The notes: generated from the letters alone by a model not told the origin. A DNA stretch of 64,000 nt from Eledone cirrhosa (GCA_964016885.1 OZ024740.1:185628001-185692000); one strand, 5' to 3'; counted from the stretch's first letter, positions 25,815 through 40,825 are shown. Numbers and translations are program-made.

Positions 25815-26145
25815 ATATTCCTGGGAAGGATTACACTTTTCAGCGGCTCCTCTCTGTAGCAAGCGTCTCCAATTGAAGTGGCTGGATCTCCAAGCGAAAC
25901 CACTCCGTGCTCATGGATGTTGAGCATTCATCTTGCACGTGGACTACTCCTGAATTTTCTGCCGGTTGGCTTTCCTAGAGATTCATTCCTGAACAATGCT
26001 AACCACTTGTCTGAAGTATCGGAGCTGTGAACTCCCAATTCTTACAAGTAGTAGCTCTATCTAAAGCGAATATTTGATCTCCGAGGTACGCACTCGATCG
26101 AGTAACCTTATTTCAAAGACCTTCAGGAGGACCCCATTTCGCCCG
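25815..26145 (-). pseudogene. RTE-clade LINE C-terminal fragment
   Basis: Minus translation LLDRVRTSEIKYSL*IELLLVRIGSSQLRYFRQVV...GKPTGRKFRSSPRAR resembles the RTE consensus DRVRSS.I...LL.RI.RSQLRWFGH...GRRPRGRP; contains stops and frameshifts. Confidence 0.6.
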
Positions 26146-26259
26146 CTTGTATTCGCTATGTATATTATTTCTGTCATCCGTGTTTCATGACCATATTAGC
26201 ATGAATACCGAATTGAAAATAGTGAGTTTGCCTTTTACAGCTATTTCCCGTTTTCTTAT

Positions 26260-26332
<73 letters not shown>

Positions 26333-26336
<4 letters not shown>

Positions 26337-26530
26337 ATGGAAGAGGTAAATTCCGTTAGAACATTCCTCATAAGGGCACTCGATAATTGGGGTAGTATAG
26401 TGTGTAATATGAAAAATTCGGGACTTCGACGGCTGAGCTCCTGGCATTTTGACACCTAGATCCGAATAGCTAGTTCGCATGTAGCTGTTGACACGGCAGG
26501 AGCTCAGCCATCGGGGTCCCGAATTGTTCA
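26333..26530. mobile_element. Hairpin mini-element related to 22102-22292
   Basis: Arms AATTCGGGACTTCGACGGCTGAGCTCCTG / CAGGAGCTCAGCCATCGGGGTCCCGAATT; left tail related to the CACTCTACTACCCTAAGTATTGAGT tail; abuts (TA)n. Confidence 0.6.
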
Positions 26531-27074
26531 TACATATATATAAGCGTTTTATCGTTGGACGAAAAGGACTCAATTCCTTATGTTTTCCTCTGCCAATGAA
26601 TTCAAACTTATAATGTAGGTTTACAACTATAGAAGCATGAAGATTATATTTACGTTTGGAACATGTATATTCTCTAATAAAATATGTTATTATACGTTAT
26701 TATATGTTATTTTACTTGTGTTTCTCTACAAATGTCCTGAATTATACATTATTTCAAAATATAGAATTTTTACATTTAACAATGTTTACACCACAACTAG
26801 CTACAATACCTACTTCTGTATATTGCTGATCATTATCTGAGTATGGATGAAAAGCATCAACAAATCCCTTCATTATTCTGAATAGCATCATCAATACTAT
26901 CATATGGACTATATTTTCATATTTAGTGGGTTTGTGATACTGTGATTGTTTTACGCGTAATAACAGCGAGACCAGTATGGCACAGATTCCAAAAAATCAG
27001 AGACAATAAGAAAATCCATTATTAATTCCCCTTATACCATGTTTATTTATGGATGTCTCTGCCCTGGAATAGAT

Positions 27075-27480
27075 GTTTAATAAGGCCTCTCAATTCGCAT
27101 TTAGATCGGGATCGTCGTTCCTTGCAATCATTCCTTTCCATGTCAGGTCGTCATGGCAAACATGTGCGTTAAAGTCTCCTATTAAGAAATATGACCCAGT
27201 CGTAACTACATCTAATGATGCAGTGACTTCATCAAAGAAAGATCTCTATTCGGGCTCCTTGGTTGGTGCATAAACTTGCACTACTCCCGGAGACCTATCT
27301 GTATGCCTATACTAGCCTATATGTAGCCGGTTGCATCTGGCCCCCTCCACCAGTGCCTGCTCCGTACGAAGTTGCAATGTTCAAGTTTCTGATTGTGAAG
27401 GTTTGCTTCCTTCCGAAACCTCGTTGGGGTCTCGTGAAACGCAATTTTGATGCAGCCATGTTCCTGTCGAAAGTGTTATC
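27075..27480 (-). pseudogene. RTE LINE AP-endonuclease fragment
   Basis: Minus translation VVQVYAPT...FFDEV...FLIGDFNAHVCHDDLTWKGMIARNDDPDLNAN contains the APE motifs YAPT and GDFNA. Confidence 0.7.
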
Positions 27481-27499
27481 ATGACTAGCAGGTGTAAAA

Positions 27500-27835
27500 T
27501 CAGTCGGCTGAAATTTGCACTTGATAGTTTGATGCGAAGAGCTGCATGGCTGGAATGTGAAACAGTGCATCGAAAACGGAAAGAGTCGTTTCCGCAAGGT
27601 AATCTGCACAGTGCCCTTTCCATATGAGTGGAGTTCGACTGAAGCAGGTGGAGACATTCAAGTATCTCGGGCCGGTGGATTAAGTGTAAGAATTACCAAA
27701 ACTGTTGCAGTAATACGCCAACTTCTGTATTTGTAATCAGAAGAATGGAATTAGGTCTAAAAGCCAAACCCACTATGTTCAATTTGATATTCATGCCAAC
27801 CCTTATATATCGTCATGAATCTTGCGTAATGACCA
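27500..27835 (+). pseudogene. RTE LINE RT/thumb fragment, inverted relative to neighbouring pieces
   Basis: Plus translation ...SASKTE...GVRLKQVETFKYLG...ELGLKAKPTMFNLIFMPTLIYRHESCVMT. Confidence 0.65.
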
Positions 27836-28007
27836 TAATAAATTAAACTGTCCGTTTTTTATTCATAATTACTTATTATTTAATTTGTTTCAAATTCTAC
27901 TATATTTAGTTGTTGATTGTTTCATAATCGGACCCACATGCATAGACGTGTATGCGTGTATACCTGTATGTGTATATAAATGTATATATGAGTGTATGTA
28001 TGTATCT

Positions 28008-28073
28008 ATCATCATCATCATCATCATCATCATCATCGTTTAACGTCTATTTTCCACGCTAGCATGGGTTAGA
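28008..28073 (-). mobile_element. SINE/RTE-type 3' tail with (ATC)n
   Basis: (ATC)n-GTTTAACGTCTATTTTCCACGCTAGCATGGGTT is similar to the SINE end at 49042-49100. Confidence 0.55.
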
Positions 28074-29946
28074 AGGGTTTGTATCATTAGAGGCAAGTTG
28101 GGTCGGGTGACTGTACCTCGCTCATATAGGACTGTTTCTGGCTATGTATGTATGCATGTTTATATGTATGCTTGCACCTTATTACTCTATAACCAAACAA
28201 CAATTTTAAACGAAATGTTTACTCTTACTATTTGTTACGTTTTAAAGATAAGTATCAGAAATAGTAGAACACTGAAATCTATAATCATATAATTTCCTCT
28301 GGTATGTTGTCATAATCGGCTTCACGACTCAACGTGTTGACTGACCACAAAGTAAATATCAGTTACTTCATATGAACAAGTAATGGCTTATATTCCACGC
28401 CGTGCAAGCCAAATTTACCTGTGTACATAAATACTAATCGAGCTATATTTCAATATAAGGCTTCGTCCTTTGGCATTACTATATTTTCAGTCATTAATTA
28501 ATGGGTTGCATAACAAATATATATCCTCAGAGCGATGTTAATTTGCTCTTTATTCAAGGCTCACTCATATTGAAGATTGTATTTGCTTTGATATTTTATT
28601 TCATATTTAATACATATCGGCTCTATCAAAATTATATTTAAAGATTAATTCCTTCTCTATTAATCCAACAAGTTATCAAACATTTTATTGACTTATTTTC
28701 TAATCTTAAACCGGAATAGAATAAAACTGAAAGGTGACGTTTATTTCAAACGACAAGGCGAGAATAAAAGAGAATTTGTTTGATTTATTGTTGTTGTTGT
28801 TTTTATTTTTTGATATTAAAAAAGAAGGAAACCACTTTTTTATTGCTGAAGCTGTTCAGTCTTTCGAAAATTGGTATGTTGCATAAGCTTGAACATTTGT
28901 TGGTAATTGAGGAAGTTGTGTTAATAGTAATTGCCAATTAAACGGATTGCTTTTTGGGGCATATGATAAATTAATAGAAGTAATGTACATTGCTATTTTC
29001 AGTGTCGTGTCAACTGAATAAAGAGGTGGTTTATGATTAAATCACTTAATTCATTTCTTAATTATTAAAGGCCAAATGTTGGTTTTGCAGCAATGACAAA
29101 TATTACCCTACTACAATAAATAGTGAATTCAAAATGTTTCTTCTTATTTTACTCAGAAATGATAATCAATGTAAACCTTTCCTGTTTTGGCCAACGAAGT
29201 AGTTATGCTCAATTAAAATCTATTCCTTCAAACCTTCAACTAATTTGAGTCAGCCTAACCAATCAATACAAATCAATATTTAGACATAGCTATTGTAAAT
29301 CATTCTGAAAACTGTTCGAGAGAAAATGTTCTCGTTGCCACGAGATACAATTTCTTAAACACATTCTCTCTCAGCTTTGTGAAATTTCTATTCTACTGTC
29401 ATTGTTGAGGTGTATTTTCATAAAACATGCTATCCAAGTCGTGTAAATTTTATTACAAATATCGATTCACAGTGAGGCATTTTTTATGATTTATTCTTTT
29501 ATTATTGCACAAGCAATTCCACTGTAACCGTTCTTTTGTTTGAAATTACGATTCCTTCTTTCACTCATCCGCCATATTCTATTCATAATCTATACTTTCC
29601 TTTACAACTTTGCTTTAGGATTCACAATGTGTAGACACAATCGTCCGACCGACAATTGTTCGTGCTATTATTGACCGTTAGGTGCAGGAGATTTTATTAT
29701 GATTTAAAACGACTCTATTAAACAAATTGTCTTCACGGAAAGAGAAGAATGAATAAAAAAGAAAATGTTTTACGCGATCGATTAGTTTCACAAACTGTTG
29801 TCTCCATTCTTTGAAAATTTAAAATATTAACGTTGTCTCATTCTAGAAATTAAATCAGTCAATCAATCAATTGATCAATCAATCAATCAATCTCTATCTT
29901 CCTCCCCCATCTCTCTCTCTATCTCTCTCTCTCACTCTCTCTCTGT

Positions 29947-30051
<105 letters not shown>

Positions 30052-31768
30052 CAGCAATGGATGTTTTCTTCTATAAATGAATGGATGGTAGGCGTGAGAA
30101 AATCTAACGCCGAAAAAGAAAGAATTTATTAGATGGTTCATTTAACGAAAGAATATGTGGCTGTAAAGGGAGTCAGTTTATGAGCTAATTCATATAGTCT
30201 AACCTAGGTCTGATATAAATATGATTTAATAAACCTAAATATTTGAATGGTACTTATTTTATCGACACCCAGAATGACGAACATGGAATGTTAGGACTAT
30301 AATGTGCGGAAGGGATCATATTAGATTATATTTTGATCAGTAGAAGGTGCATATTATGTACTCCACTCCTTGGGTGTTTAAATTCTCTATGCCGTTTATT
30401 TTAATACGGTCTTTTACTCGTTTGCTGATCAATTGCTTCATAGAGATTGGAAGTTGAATTCGCTTTAATACCTATATATAAAATTCTTGTTTTGTTTGCA
30501 AAATGATTAGTCTCATTTGACTTTGATATTAGACGGGCATTTAAGGGAGATCACTTCTATCATAATAGCTTTGTTATGAGATATTTTCGTTATTTCGTTG
30601 AGGCATATTAAGTACTAACCCTAATATCAGCCCAGGTCCTAAGAATCATTTAACGTATGGCATTGCAAATCATATATAGAAATGATTGTTCCCGCTAAAT
30701 TGAATACATACTTATTATTGAGAATAATCGATCGACATGATCCTGTCCTCATTCGCTTACTGAGTGGCATGGACTTCCGCAAACTGAACCAAGGAAATAA
30801 TGTTTCCATTGGTCTTCCCACTGCTGATATTATCTGCCCGCCACAACTTCTAGCAGAAGCAATATGAAAAAACTGTCTTGCTCCAGGACACAAGGCATCG
30901 CCTGGCCCGAAACTATAACTGGCAGTCTCACGATAGCGAAGCAATTCTCAAACTACTAAGCTATACGTCTTCACTGTTGAGATTAATAATACACATATAA
31001 GATCGAAATATTCTATTAATTATGAATTATGTTTTTTTCAGATTCCGCCAATCGACCTATAAATGCTATCGACAGATACCTTTGCATGTATTCATATTTT
31101 CTGTAAAATACTCCTAATTTTACATACGTATCTGTTATATAGTTTCACAGACGCATACACATATACACATATAAAAGCACATGTACACACATATAGACTG
31201 AGACGCACACTAGATTTATATTTAATTAATATTTTTACCAAAAGGATTTTCGATCTACTTTTAAGAATAGTAGATCAAACTGTAGCTTCGTTCCATTTAT
31301 ATTTAATCATGCCTTCATGTAAAAATTATTGTCCCGTAACGACTCATGGGGTCGTAGGAGTACCGTAGTTTTATACGACGTTTCCTGGGCATTTAAACCC
31401 TGATGGAGCCCATCCATTCCAAGGTTTTAACACAGCAGAATTCTTTCAGAGAAGAGGAAGTTAGAAAGTGATATAGACTGATGGTTCTTTTATCGACCGC
31501 GACAGAATGAAAGGCAGCGAGATTTGAACAAAGAGAACATAGAGTGAAAATAACTACAACAAATCATACTTTTCGACGTTCTAGTAATTTTCTCAATTCA
31601 CCGGCTTCTTCATGCCTTCGTAACCGGACTTGTTCGAACGCGTTTAGGTATTTAATGTCAACACACTCCATTCAGTGTTTCGAAAAATATTTCCATCACA
31701 ATGTACTTCATTCTGAAGAACTACAATAGTTTGAATTCTCAGTTAAAGAGATTACTCTATGCGCATTT

Positions 31769-31831
31769 TGTTAATACAACTTATGGCCTCAAAATATTGA
31801 ATATCTTCTGAGGCCATAAGTTGCATTAACA
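31769..31831. other. Isolated 23-bp stem / 17-nt loop hairpin
   Basis: TGTTAATACAACTTATGGCCTCA ... TGAGGCCATAAGTTGCATTAACA with one mismatch. Confidence 0.6.
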
Positions 31832-34074
31832 CAACGCAATAATAAAATATTGAATATATCCTATTATTGTTGTGTTTTATGTGTCTATGTTCTACATTTA
31901 TGACCACTGGGGCTGCGGTTGGTTTCCAGTGTTTCCAGATTTAATAAAATAGGTAATACTAATGTAATCTTGTAATTTAGTAGGCGATATAAATATTACG
32001 TTTATATATTGGCCTAAATTACTCAAAGGAAATATATGTTGAGGTTTATATTTCAAAATTGCGGCTCATGTCAAATACGTTGGAGTTGAATGAATGATTA
32101 ATATCTGTGTTTGTAGAGGTGTATCCAGTGATACAGTTGACAGAAGTAGATAAGGAGATTGCTGTGAATAAATGATTCAGATATTTTCAAAAAGGTCCCT
32201 AATTAATATTCAATAGACAACTATATATAACATATATATATGTGTGCGTGTGTGTCAGCGTGTGGTTGAATATATATATATATATATATACATCGGGGGT
32301 GGGGGGTATTTGTCTCTGTGTGATTTGTGTTTACCCGCATGTAAGCACGCGTATTTGCGGAAATATCCCCAGACCGACTTGAAGAAATCGAAATAAATAT
32401 AAATTATTAGCTGTTACTTGCATATTTTAATTCGAGTAATAAAACTTTGATTGGATGTTGCTGATGTCAATAAAGTAATTACGGGTTTTATGGGATATTC
32501 CACACAGAAATAACGCATTGAGCTAGTGTTGTAATTTAATTCTAGCTATTAAGATTATGAATTTGATTCCATAGTTTTGTATAAATATCCGTGAAAGTGG
32601 CCACCGAATATGAATAATCTCCATTAAAATATTTCAATAAGTGCGTCAGTATAAGATAGCAATCTAACCATATGTTGTGAAATAGCTGGAAAATAGACAA
32701 ATATATGATCAATAAAAAGTATCATTTAATATGCGAAAGATTTGATATATTAAAATATATTTAAAATATTTCTTTAAAAAGGCGTATACAGGCATGTTGC
32801 CTTATGGTATTATGCTGCCGGATATGACATTGATAACAGTTCCTGATATGAAAAGATCTAATGGGAGTATGACAGATGGGGTAGTCTGTCGCAAATAATC
32901 ATCATTATAACGCAACACGTTATAAATATCGTCAAAGCCACTAAAACAATATTTTCTCATTTCAGTTTGCTATATTTATCTAAATACTCTTTTTCTGCGA
33001 TAAGTTTCTAAAGCACATATATGCTATATGTATGTGTATATATCTCCCGTGATCAGATATACATACATATATATGTGCATGTATGTGTGTTTATGAAACT
33101 GATACATAGCAACATTATTCAGATGCTACAAACCTATACAGACCGTTACATATGTTAGTTCCATCAATATATATTGAATGTATGGATAAGAAAGAAATGA
33201 ATTAACAAATGCGATGAAGCATAATATCCTCTCCGTTTTTAGGTTAAATGAAAACAGAACTGATTTGGGATTTTGAATTTCGGTATCACAAATATGCTAG
33301 TGCGAATTGAATTTAGAGTATAACTTCTTTGCAAAACTTAGCCGAATGTCTACTGAAAGGTAATCAATATAAAACCTTTGTGAAATTACATTTATGTCTG
33401 ATTCATACTAATATAACACCATTTATCGCACCGAATTAGCTAAAATGCTTGCATCTAGACAATGCTGACTAGCTTTACAATTATGAAAGCAATTACATAT
33501 TAAATATTCTTTAACTATTCTAATATTTGAATCTGAAATCACTGTTTTCTACTTAGTAATTGTTTCCCTTCTAATAGAGGATTAACACCTACAGTTTGTC
33601 AAAAGCAAGATGGTGATTAGGATTCAAAACCAGGTAAAGATATCAATAAAATAAACATGAAAATCTAATCATATCAAAAATTCTGCTTCATGTGATATCT
33701 TGATTGTACGGAAAATCACATTTCCCTTAACATCCACCATTAGTTGAAGAATCATATTAAAAAGCCAATTAGCGATTTTCTATATGGGCTTCAATTTGCT
33801 AGAAATTGCAGTTGTTTCTGCTCAAATCGAACTTAAAATAAGTCAGCTAAATACATGAAAGAGTGCATAGGATAGAGGTTCGCCTTTGGTCGTAGGTATG
33901 TTTGATGATAAAGGCTAACCTTGGGCTAAATAACAACACCGATAACACTATCATCCCGACAACAAGTCTGAAACTTGTTCTAAAAAGCAGCAGTTTTACT
34001 GAAAACACATACTATCCCATATAATAATGGAAATGTAATTATATTAACAGAATGCATAGCGTTATATATGTGGA

Positions 34075-34257
34075 TTGGCAGTATTGGTAGAGAGTCGGAC
34101 GCCATGCTTTGCAGCATAGAGTTACAGTCATTTACGGTCTAAGTTCAAATCCCGCCGAGGTCAGCTTTGCCTTTCATCCTTACGGGCTCGATAAAATAAA
34201 GTAACAGTAATGCACTGGGGTAACTGTTGACCTTGTGCCAAAAGTAGAAACAATTAT
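34075..34257 (+). mobile_element. tRNA-derived SINE (same family as 17-199)
   Basis: TTGGCAGTATTGGTAGAG...GTTCAAATCCCGCCGAGGTCAGCTTTGCCTTTCATCCTTACGGGCTCGATAAAATAAAGTAACAG...CCTTGTGCCAAAAGTAGAAACAATTAT. Confidence 0.85.
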
Positions 34258-37200
34258 ATATGAATAGAACGTATTGGCCTTCACTGCTTTCTTTATAGAT
34301 ATCCTTATACCAAAAACGAATTTATCAAGACTTGCCTCTTTTTAGATAATAACTGATAAGCTGTGCATTATAATACATTTTAATAAATATTCTGAGCAAT
34401 ATGATAGAATTATATGCCTTCACTTATAAGTGAAGACCCATGTCAACTTTGTATACCCTACAAGCGTTTGTAATGAAATATTAAATAAGTACATCCTCAT
34501 TCTTCGTTTAATATGTATTATTTCTATAGTTTAATAATTTAATGTGACAGGGTTATGAGGCTGAGAAATATTACTCAAAACGAAATAGGTAGATAGTGGA
34601 CGAGAAATAGTGAAGCATATTTCTCTTTATAACTGCGTTATATTAAACGCCATTAAAATCCACTGTATAGATATTATCGATGAAGTCTAACTCATAGCAA
34701 TAAAATCATATTATCAGCAAATAGATAATAATGAACAATGCAAACCGTTCGAAGCAGCAACAATGAAGTGTTAATTGTCAAGACTGCCCTAGGTGTTTTG
34801 CGTATCATACGTCAGATATTAACAGCTGAATGTCACTCAAATTAAACCATACTGCTTTACCAAACCTGCCATATTAGAAGCTATATCTTTAGATACACTG
34901 CGTCAGAAAGTAAAGAAGAAATGATCATGATTGACATGAACTTAACTATAATCTGTTCAAGCGTTATAAATTTACTAAAAACATCAGCTTGTATGTAAAT
35001 GGATACAAATATGTACGTATAAACTCATTGGAAAGAATATTGATTTTTATGTTGGCACAAAGCCATAAACCTGCAAGAAAGCAATATTGTCTATAAGTAT
35101 ATCAACCCCAGCCTAAAGCCCAGCAATAATCTCTCGATTCTAAAAAGAAAAGTAAATTTATGCGATTTGAACCTGGGACACGTAAGATATATTGTAAATA
35201 CTGTAGATCATTTCGCCCGATGTTTCACAACAATGTTTCTATACAATTATATCTGCCACAATCATGTTTCTCTGAATTAATGACAAATACTGTATTAATT
35301 CTATTCTGAACATTCCAGTGTATCAAATCTCATCACTCACAGATGGAGATAATAGTCTAGATACTACGGCTCATCGAAATTATTTCATTTTTGTTTAGTC
35401 ACTATAATATCCAATTTCCATTTCCTACAAAATATAAGACATTTTCTCCATGATATAGACAAAATATGAAACGTAGGGCTCAAAGTCACTCTTAGTACCT
35501 CCAAGAATGAATGGTGGGAGGAGGGACGGAATTTATCCTAAAACCAGAAGCCTGCTTTAAAAGCTTGCTTAGAGTGGGATGCAATAACATGTACAGTATG
35601 ATATTAATATGAAAATCATAATTGTCAGCCCATCATAAATCTATTGGCGGTGACTATAAATATGTCAAATTTGATTGTACTACGAGACATCCGTATGTTT
35701 TTGTGTTGAAATATAAATAACTGTATGTACAGTCGTAGTTATGATGTTATTAGGTGAAGAAGGTTGTACTAGATTTTTTTCATTAATGCATAGTTCTAAT
35801 TGATATTAGGGGTCAATATATTCTCTGACAAAAACAACAGGATATCCAGGTTATGCTTGGACCCATTACTAAATGTCAGAGATAGGAACAAAATCAGTTC
35901 ATTAACATCGTTACTATGGAATAATATATTGTTTTCACACATCTATCAACTCTAACGTCTACATCCATAGATTGATATAATGATATCATGACAATAATGT
36001 ATATGATGATGTTGGTGAGATCATACCCACGTTTACACATATCAATATAGCTGAGGAGGGCTTCTGTACTATCATATACATCAACTGATATTGCTTTTAT
36101 TTGTTGCAAGCTCTGTAAGAAAAAGTACGATATTCTGTTTAGACCAGGATTGTTGACACAATTGAAATACTGAGAACAACACATTAACATGCTCTGTGTG
36201 GGCTTTGCATTCCCCTAATGTCTTATAATGAATGGAGTACATTATTATGCGACTGGAAGTTATTCGATGTTCGTTTTTCCCATCATCATCACATATTACA
36301 CCATATTTCCCCATAAGTACCCTAGATGATCTCATTATTATCATTTCTGGATGAAGTTACTTCGCTAATATCATTGAAATGTGACTGCATGATATTGGGC
36401 TTATTCGATAGACCGTCTACAGACTTCCGGCTGAGGCATATTGCTGTGCAGCATGTGAACCCGTATCAGTAAGTAACTTTTGACGTGGATACAGATGACG
36501 TGGGGCCTCTCCATTTTGTATTTTAATGCATTATGAAACTATGTCAATAACTTTAGACCAACCTAATGTGCGCTTTACCCCAAGTTAGCTTCAATGTGTG
36601 AGAAGGCATACTCGTTAAAATATTTGGATACGCTTTTACATGAAATAATACATAATGTGTAGTAGATCCATCGTTTGATTCGTGATACGTGAAATGTACC
36701 TTTGTATGCAACACAAGGAAAAACTATTATGCTATTATGTTGCCATCTCAGCTGTAAAGGTAACTTCTTTGTTGAAATATTGTTGTCGTTACTGGTAAAA
36801 ATATTTGGTATTTATTTTTTGGTCAATTGAATGTCATTTCCGACCTGAGATTTTTATTCTGAAATTGGATGATAAGGATGTATATTTTAAAAGCTTAATT
36901 TTGATTGTTTCATCCGTTTTGTGGAAAGAAGAATCTATTTCATATTTATTCATTATTTTGAGCTGTAATAATTTGCCTGTAGGATCGGGTCTAATCCAAT
37001 TTGTATTTATTTGGAAGTAATAGTGGCAACAAATATAAAATTCCAATAAAATATATGTATTTCAATTTTACATTGACGTCATCTGTTTTGTAAAACGTCA
37101 GAAACAAGCTTTTCTATAATCTTGATAACAAAAACTACGCGGCTTCAAATCAGAAATAGAAAGAGAAACATAGAAAGGTTATTAATGTCTTCAAAGGGGG

Positions 37201-37604
37201 AATACCATTTGTAAATCGGACAGAAACGGGAGTGAGGTGTAGAAGGTTAAAATGACGGATCTTTCTCGAACTCAAATTTTAATGTCAAATAGTTATTCTC
37301 TGTCAAATTTCTCTGTGTTATTTTCAGTCGCAACCATCCTTTTGTGTGTTCGTATGTACCAAAGACTGAATTGTCTGTGCACATTAATGTATGTATTGAG
37401 ATACGATTTAAATAGAGCCGAAATACTTCAATTGATAAATATTTTTTACGTAAGCAATATGGATGTAATATTAAAGTCTATCAAAATTAATGAACCATGT
37501 TAAAGTTACCGGATTATTTTCATCTTCAGAGCCATCTCATTACATGTTTCAGTTATAATAATAATAATAATGATAATAATAATAAATAAATAAATGAACT
37601 TAAT

Positions 37605-37770
37605 TTTAGGCATGATATGGGGAAGGAAACTTCCAATTTATCGACCCCAGTACTCGACTGGTATGTGTTTTTGTTTATTTCAGAAGTATGAAAGGCAAAA
37701 TTGACCCCGGTGTAATTTGATCCAATTCTGTCCAATGCTATTAGATTGTGGCAATCCATCGCCCCAATAA
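37605..37770 (-). mobile_element. Diverged SINE copy
   Basis: ATCGACCCCAGTACTCGACTGGTA...TGAAAGGCAAAATTGACCCCGGTGTAATTTGA next to (TAA)n; a further decayed copy follows at ~37820-38020. Confidence 0.55.
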
Positions 37771-39032
37771 TTATAATAATAATAATATTAATAATAATGT
37801 TGATGAGTGTAATGACCTCAAATTTGTCACACGGTCAGACATCTTACGAGAGGGAAGAGTCAATTAAATGAATCCCTAATGCATAAAGAGCACTTATGTT
37901 ATCAACACATAAAGGATGAAAGGAATATCCAAACTAAGCAAGGTTTAATTTCAGGATGCAAAGGGATTTAATTAGATAACGCAAAGGATTTTGTGCTTCG
38001 CTCTAATCATTCTGTTATCCAATAATTTAAAACTAATGAACATAATGAAAATAAATTTTGTTAAGGAGAATAGAAGAAATTAATTCAAGTGGATAAACGA
38101 GGAGCAAACGTTTAATTTGCAATTAATTTTACATATTTACAAGTGCAGAATCAGTAGACGAGAATATGATGCTAAAGTCGTTACGAACGTTCTTCAAATA
38201 CTAAGTAGTTGATATGTCAAGATACCGTTTGAAATAATTGCAGGACAATGAAATATTAATATTATTAATTTTTCTCAATTCTTCTCATGGATTTATACGT
38301 TCTTTTTTCCTTCGGGCAGGGGTTTGTTGGACAAGGTGCATATGTTTATACATTTCGTGGCTATATGCATAAGGGATCATGAGTTTTCCACAAATACAAA
38401 TATATATTTAGTGAAATACACACATGTGCATACACAGAATGCGTGAATGCGACTTTAAATATACACATTCAATATATAGAGAATAACACATAGAACATAC
38501 ACAATCCGTAAACACTTATGCGGTCTCGTCATATCTAAATGAGTAAACAACCACATGGGAATAAATCCCTGATATCGTTATAGATCCTACCAAAAGTTCT
38601 AGTGACAATAAAGAGTATATTCCTCCCTATGTTACATTATCTCTTTCTATCCTTGTTTCCTGATTCATATCTTACTCCTTTTAATCGGCTTCTTCAGATA
38701 TAGTACATGTTGAGAGAGTTGCCAGGGAAGCACTCATATCATATTGGAAATGTCGAAGGAGAAACCAATGCTTAATACACCATTGTTTGGAAATAACGTG
38801 TTTCCTTGTGGCTGTTTGGATAATATGCGCGCTTTTGATGATGACCCCACTAGGACAGAAAATGGATTAAAGATATTTATCATTTTTCAATTTACAAGAA
38901 TAAATTAGTATCTTCTAGCATGGTTACATGCCTTCCTATTAAAGATGCGTATTTTTATAAACACATTATCATGTTCTCTGTTCGCACCCTATATACATAT
39001 ATAACTTTGTCATAAACATCGGCTACTTATAT

Positions 39033-39090
<58 letters not shown>

Positions 39091-39093
<3 letters not shown>

Positions 39094-39392
39094 TAATAAT
39101 AATAAATGTGAAGACTAAAATCCAAAGAAGGCTCGATAAGGATAAATATATATGAAATAGAGCAAATATTTATTAAAATAACAGATTAAAGTTTAAGCAA
39201 AGAATCGCTGCTTTAACACTTAACGGGATCTTCTGAAACTGACAAAGTCAATCTGTAAACCCAGAAGTGACTATTTCAAAAAACGTTGCAACCGAAGGAA
39301 GACATGAAGAGTTTGTCAGTTTTAGAAGATCCAGTTAAGGGTGAAAGCAGCGATTCTTTGCTTAAACTTTATCTGCTACTTTAATAAATATA
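39091..39392. mobile_element. Fold-back mini-element made only of family A pLTR ends
   Basis: 39091-39310 is the reverse complement of the pLTR 3' end including the tail (HHR-like 39190-39240). 39311-39390 is a forward copy (HHR-like 39318-39368) ending at TAATAAATA. (TA)n on both sides. Confidence 0.85.
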
Positions 39393-39426
39393 TGTATATA
39401 TATATTTATATATATATTTATATATA

Positions 39427-39529
<103 letters not shown>

Positions 39530-40756
39530 TGTGTGTGAGTGTGCATTTACTACCATCGTATGGCATTTATACGAGGTGTTGTTTAAGATCTCGTGTAACC
39601 CACTTATTGTATCTACGACTTAGTATGAACGGCGAAGTCAAATTGGTTGGCTTTTATATATTTTAAAAAATCATAACTTTGCCTCGAATTCAATTAGAGA
39701 AGTGGTCTGAACCCACGGTAGCCAAATCTTTTTGGCAGTGAGCCGGATGGAAAATATTTTAACATCATGCAGGCCAAAGTTAAAAGAAAATTCTGCCATG
39801 AATATTTAAAGCTATGGAAACAATTGTTATCTATTATTTAGCATTCAATGTTTTTCACCAGAGATATAATGAATATCAAAACCAGCAGGTGTTTCTTAAT
39901 ACCATAGATTCATTTAATTATGTTAATATACACATTTCCATTGCTAAATCAACAGCGAGCTCAAATATACGACATAGTGTAATATATATGAACGAATTTG
40001 AACAGAAAAACGACACTTCATTCGAGTTATAGCAAGAGAATATGTCTTACATTTGTAATATGTATTATTAAAGTCATTCAAGAAAATATTTATTTTCACT
40101 AGGAAAAAGTTGTTGTTTTTTTCTAGATTATATCAGCTTTGATAAATTTGTGCTAACTGCAAAAAAGGATACATATTATTCGATACTGAATTTTAATGCA
40201 ACATCTCATATCTTATGACGGAATAAAATAAGGCTGCGGGCCGGATTTGTCTAAACGACTCTTTTAATGTTTCTAAAGTTTATGGCCAAACATTAAATTG
40301 ATTTAATACTATACACAAATACACATTTTAACTAATCTCGCTATTAAACATTTGAGTTGTTTCGTGATATTATAATTTGTGGCTTCACTGGAAATTGCTG
40401 TTGGCATACAGATTTAAGTAATCGATAATAGAAAAACTAACATGAATATCATTAAATATAATCAAATTTTTATGTAGTGATTTCAAAACATAATTATGTA
40501 TTTAGAAGCGAAATGACAGTTCTTGGGCAATTAAATGCGTTCTACGCTATTGGTAAATTCTAAATATTTTAATTGCATGATTAAGCTATAATGATTAACG
40601 CAATAGATATATTTTTTAAACTTTTATTCTATCTAAATATATATATTGTATTTGTATTATACAAATATAACAAATACATTCACACGTTCACACTTATAAA
40701 AATCCACGCAAATTTGTGATTATACAAACACGCATATACCTCTCCTATCTCTCTCT

Positions 40757-40825
<69 letters not shown>

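Noticed and set aside
30682-30915. KNCLAPGHKA, resembling a CCHC zinc knuckle
   Set aside because: Two Cys positions are lost (a stop and a Gly); too weak to call a gag/ORF1 remnant.
35894-36480. Possible minus-strand exon(s) with a TTTTCTTACAG acceptor-like site
   Set aside because: No recognisable protein motif or consistent frame; cannot be supported without RNA or homology data.
39560-40260. Possible mariner/hAT terminal motifs (TACGAGGTGTTG, GCGGGCCGGATT)
   Set aside because: No matching partner TIR or TSD could be identified by eye.
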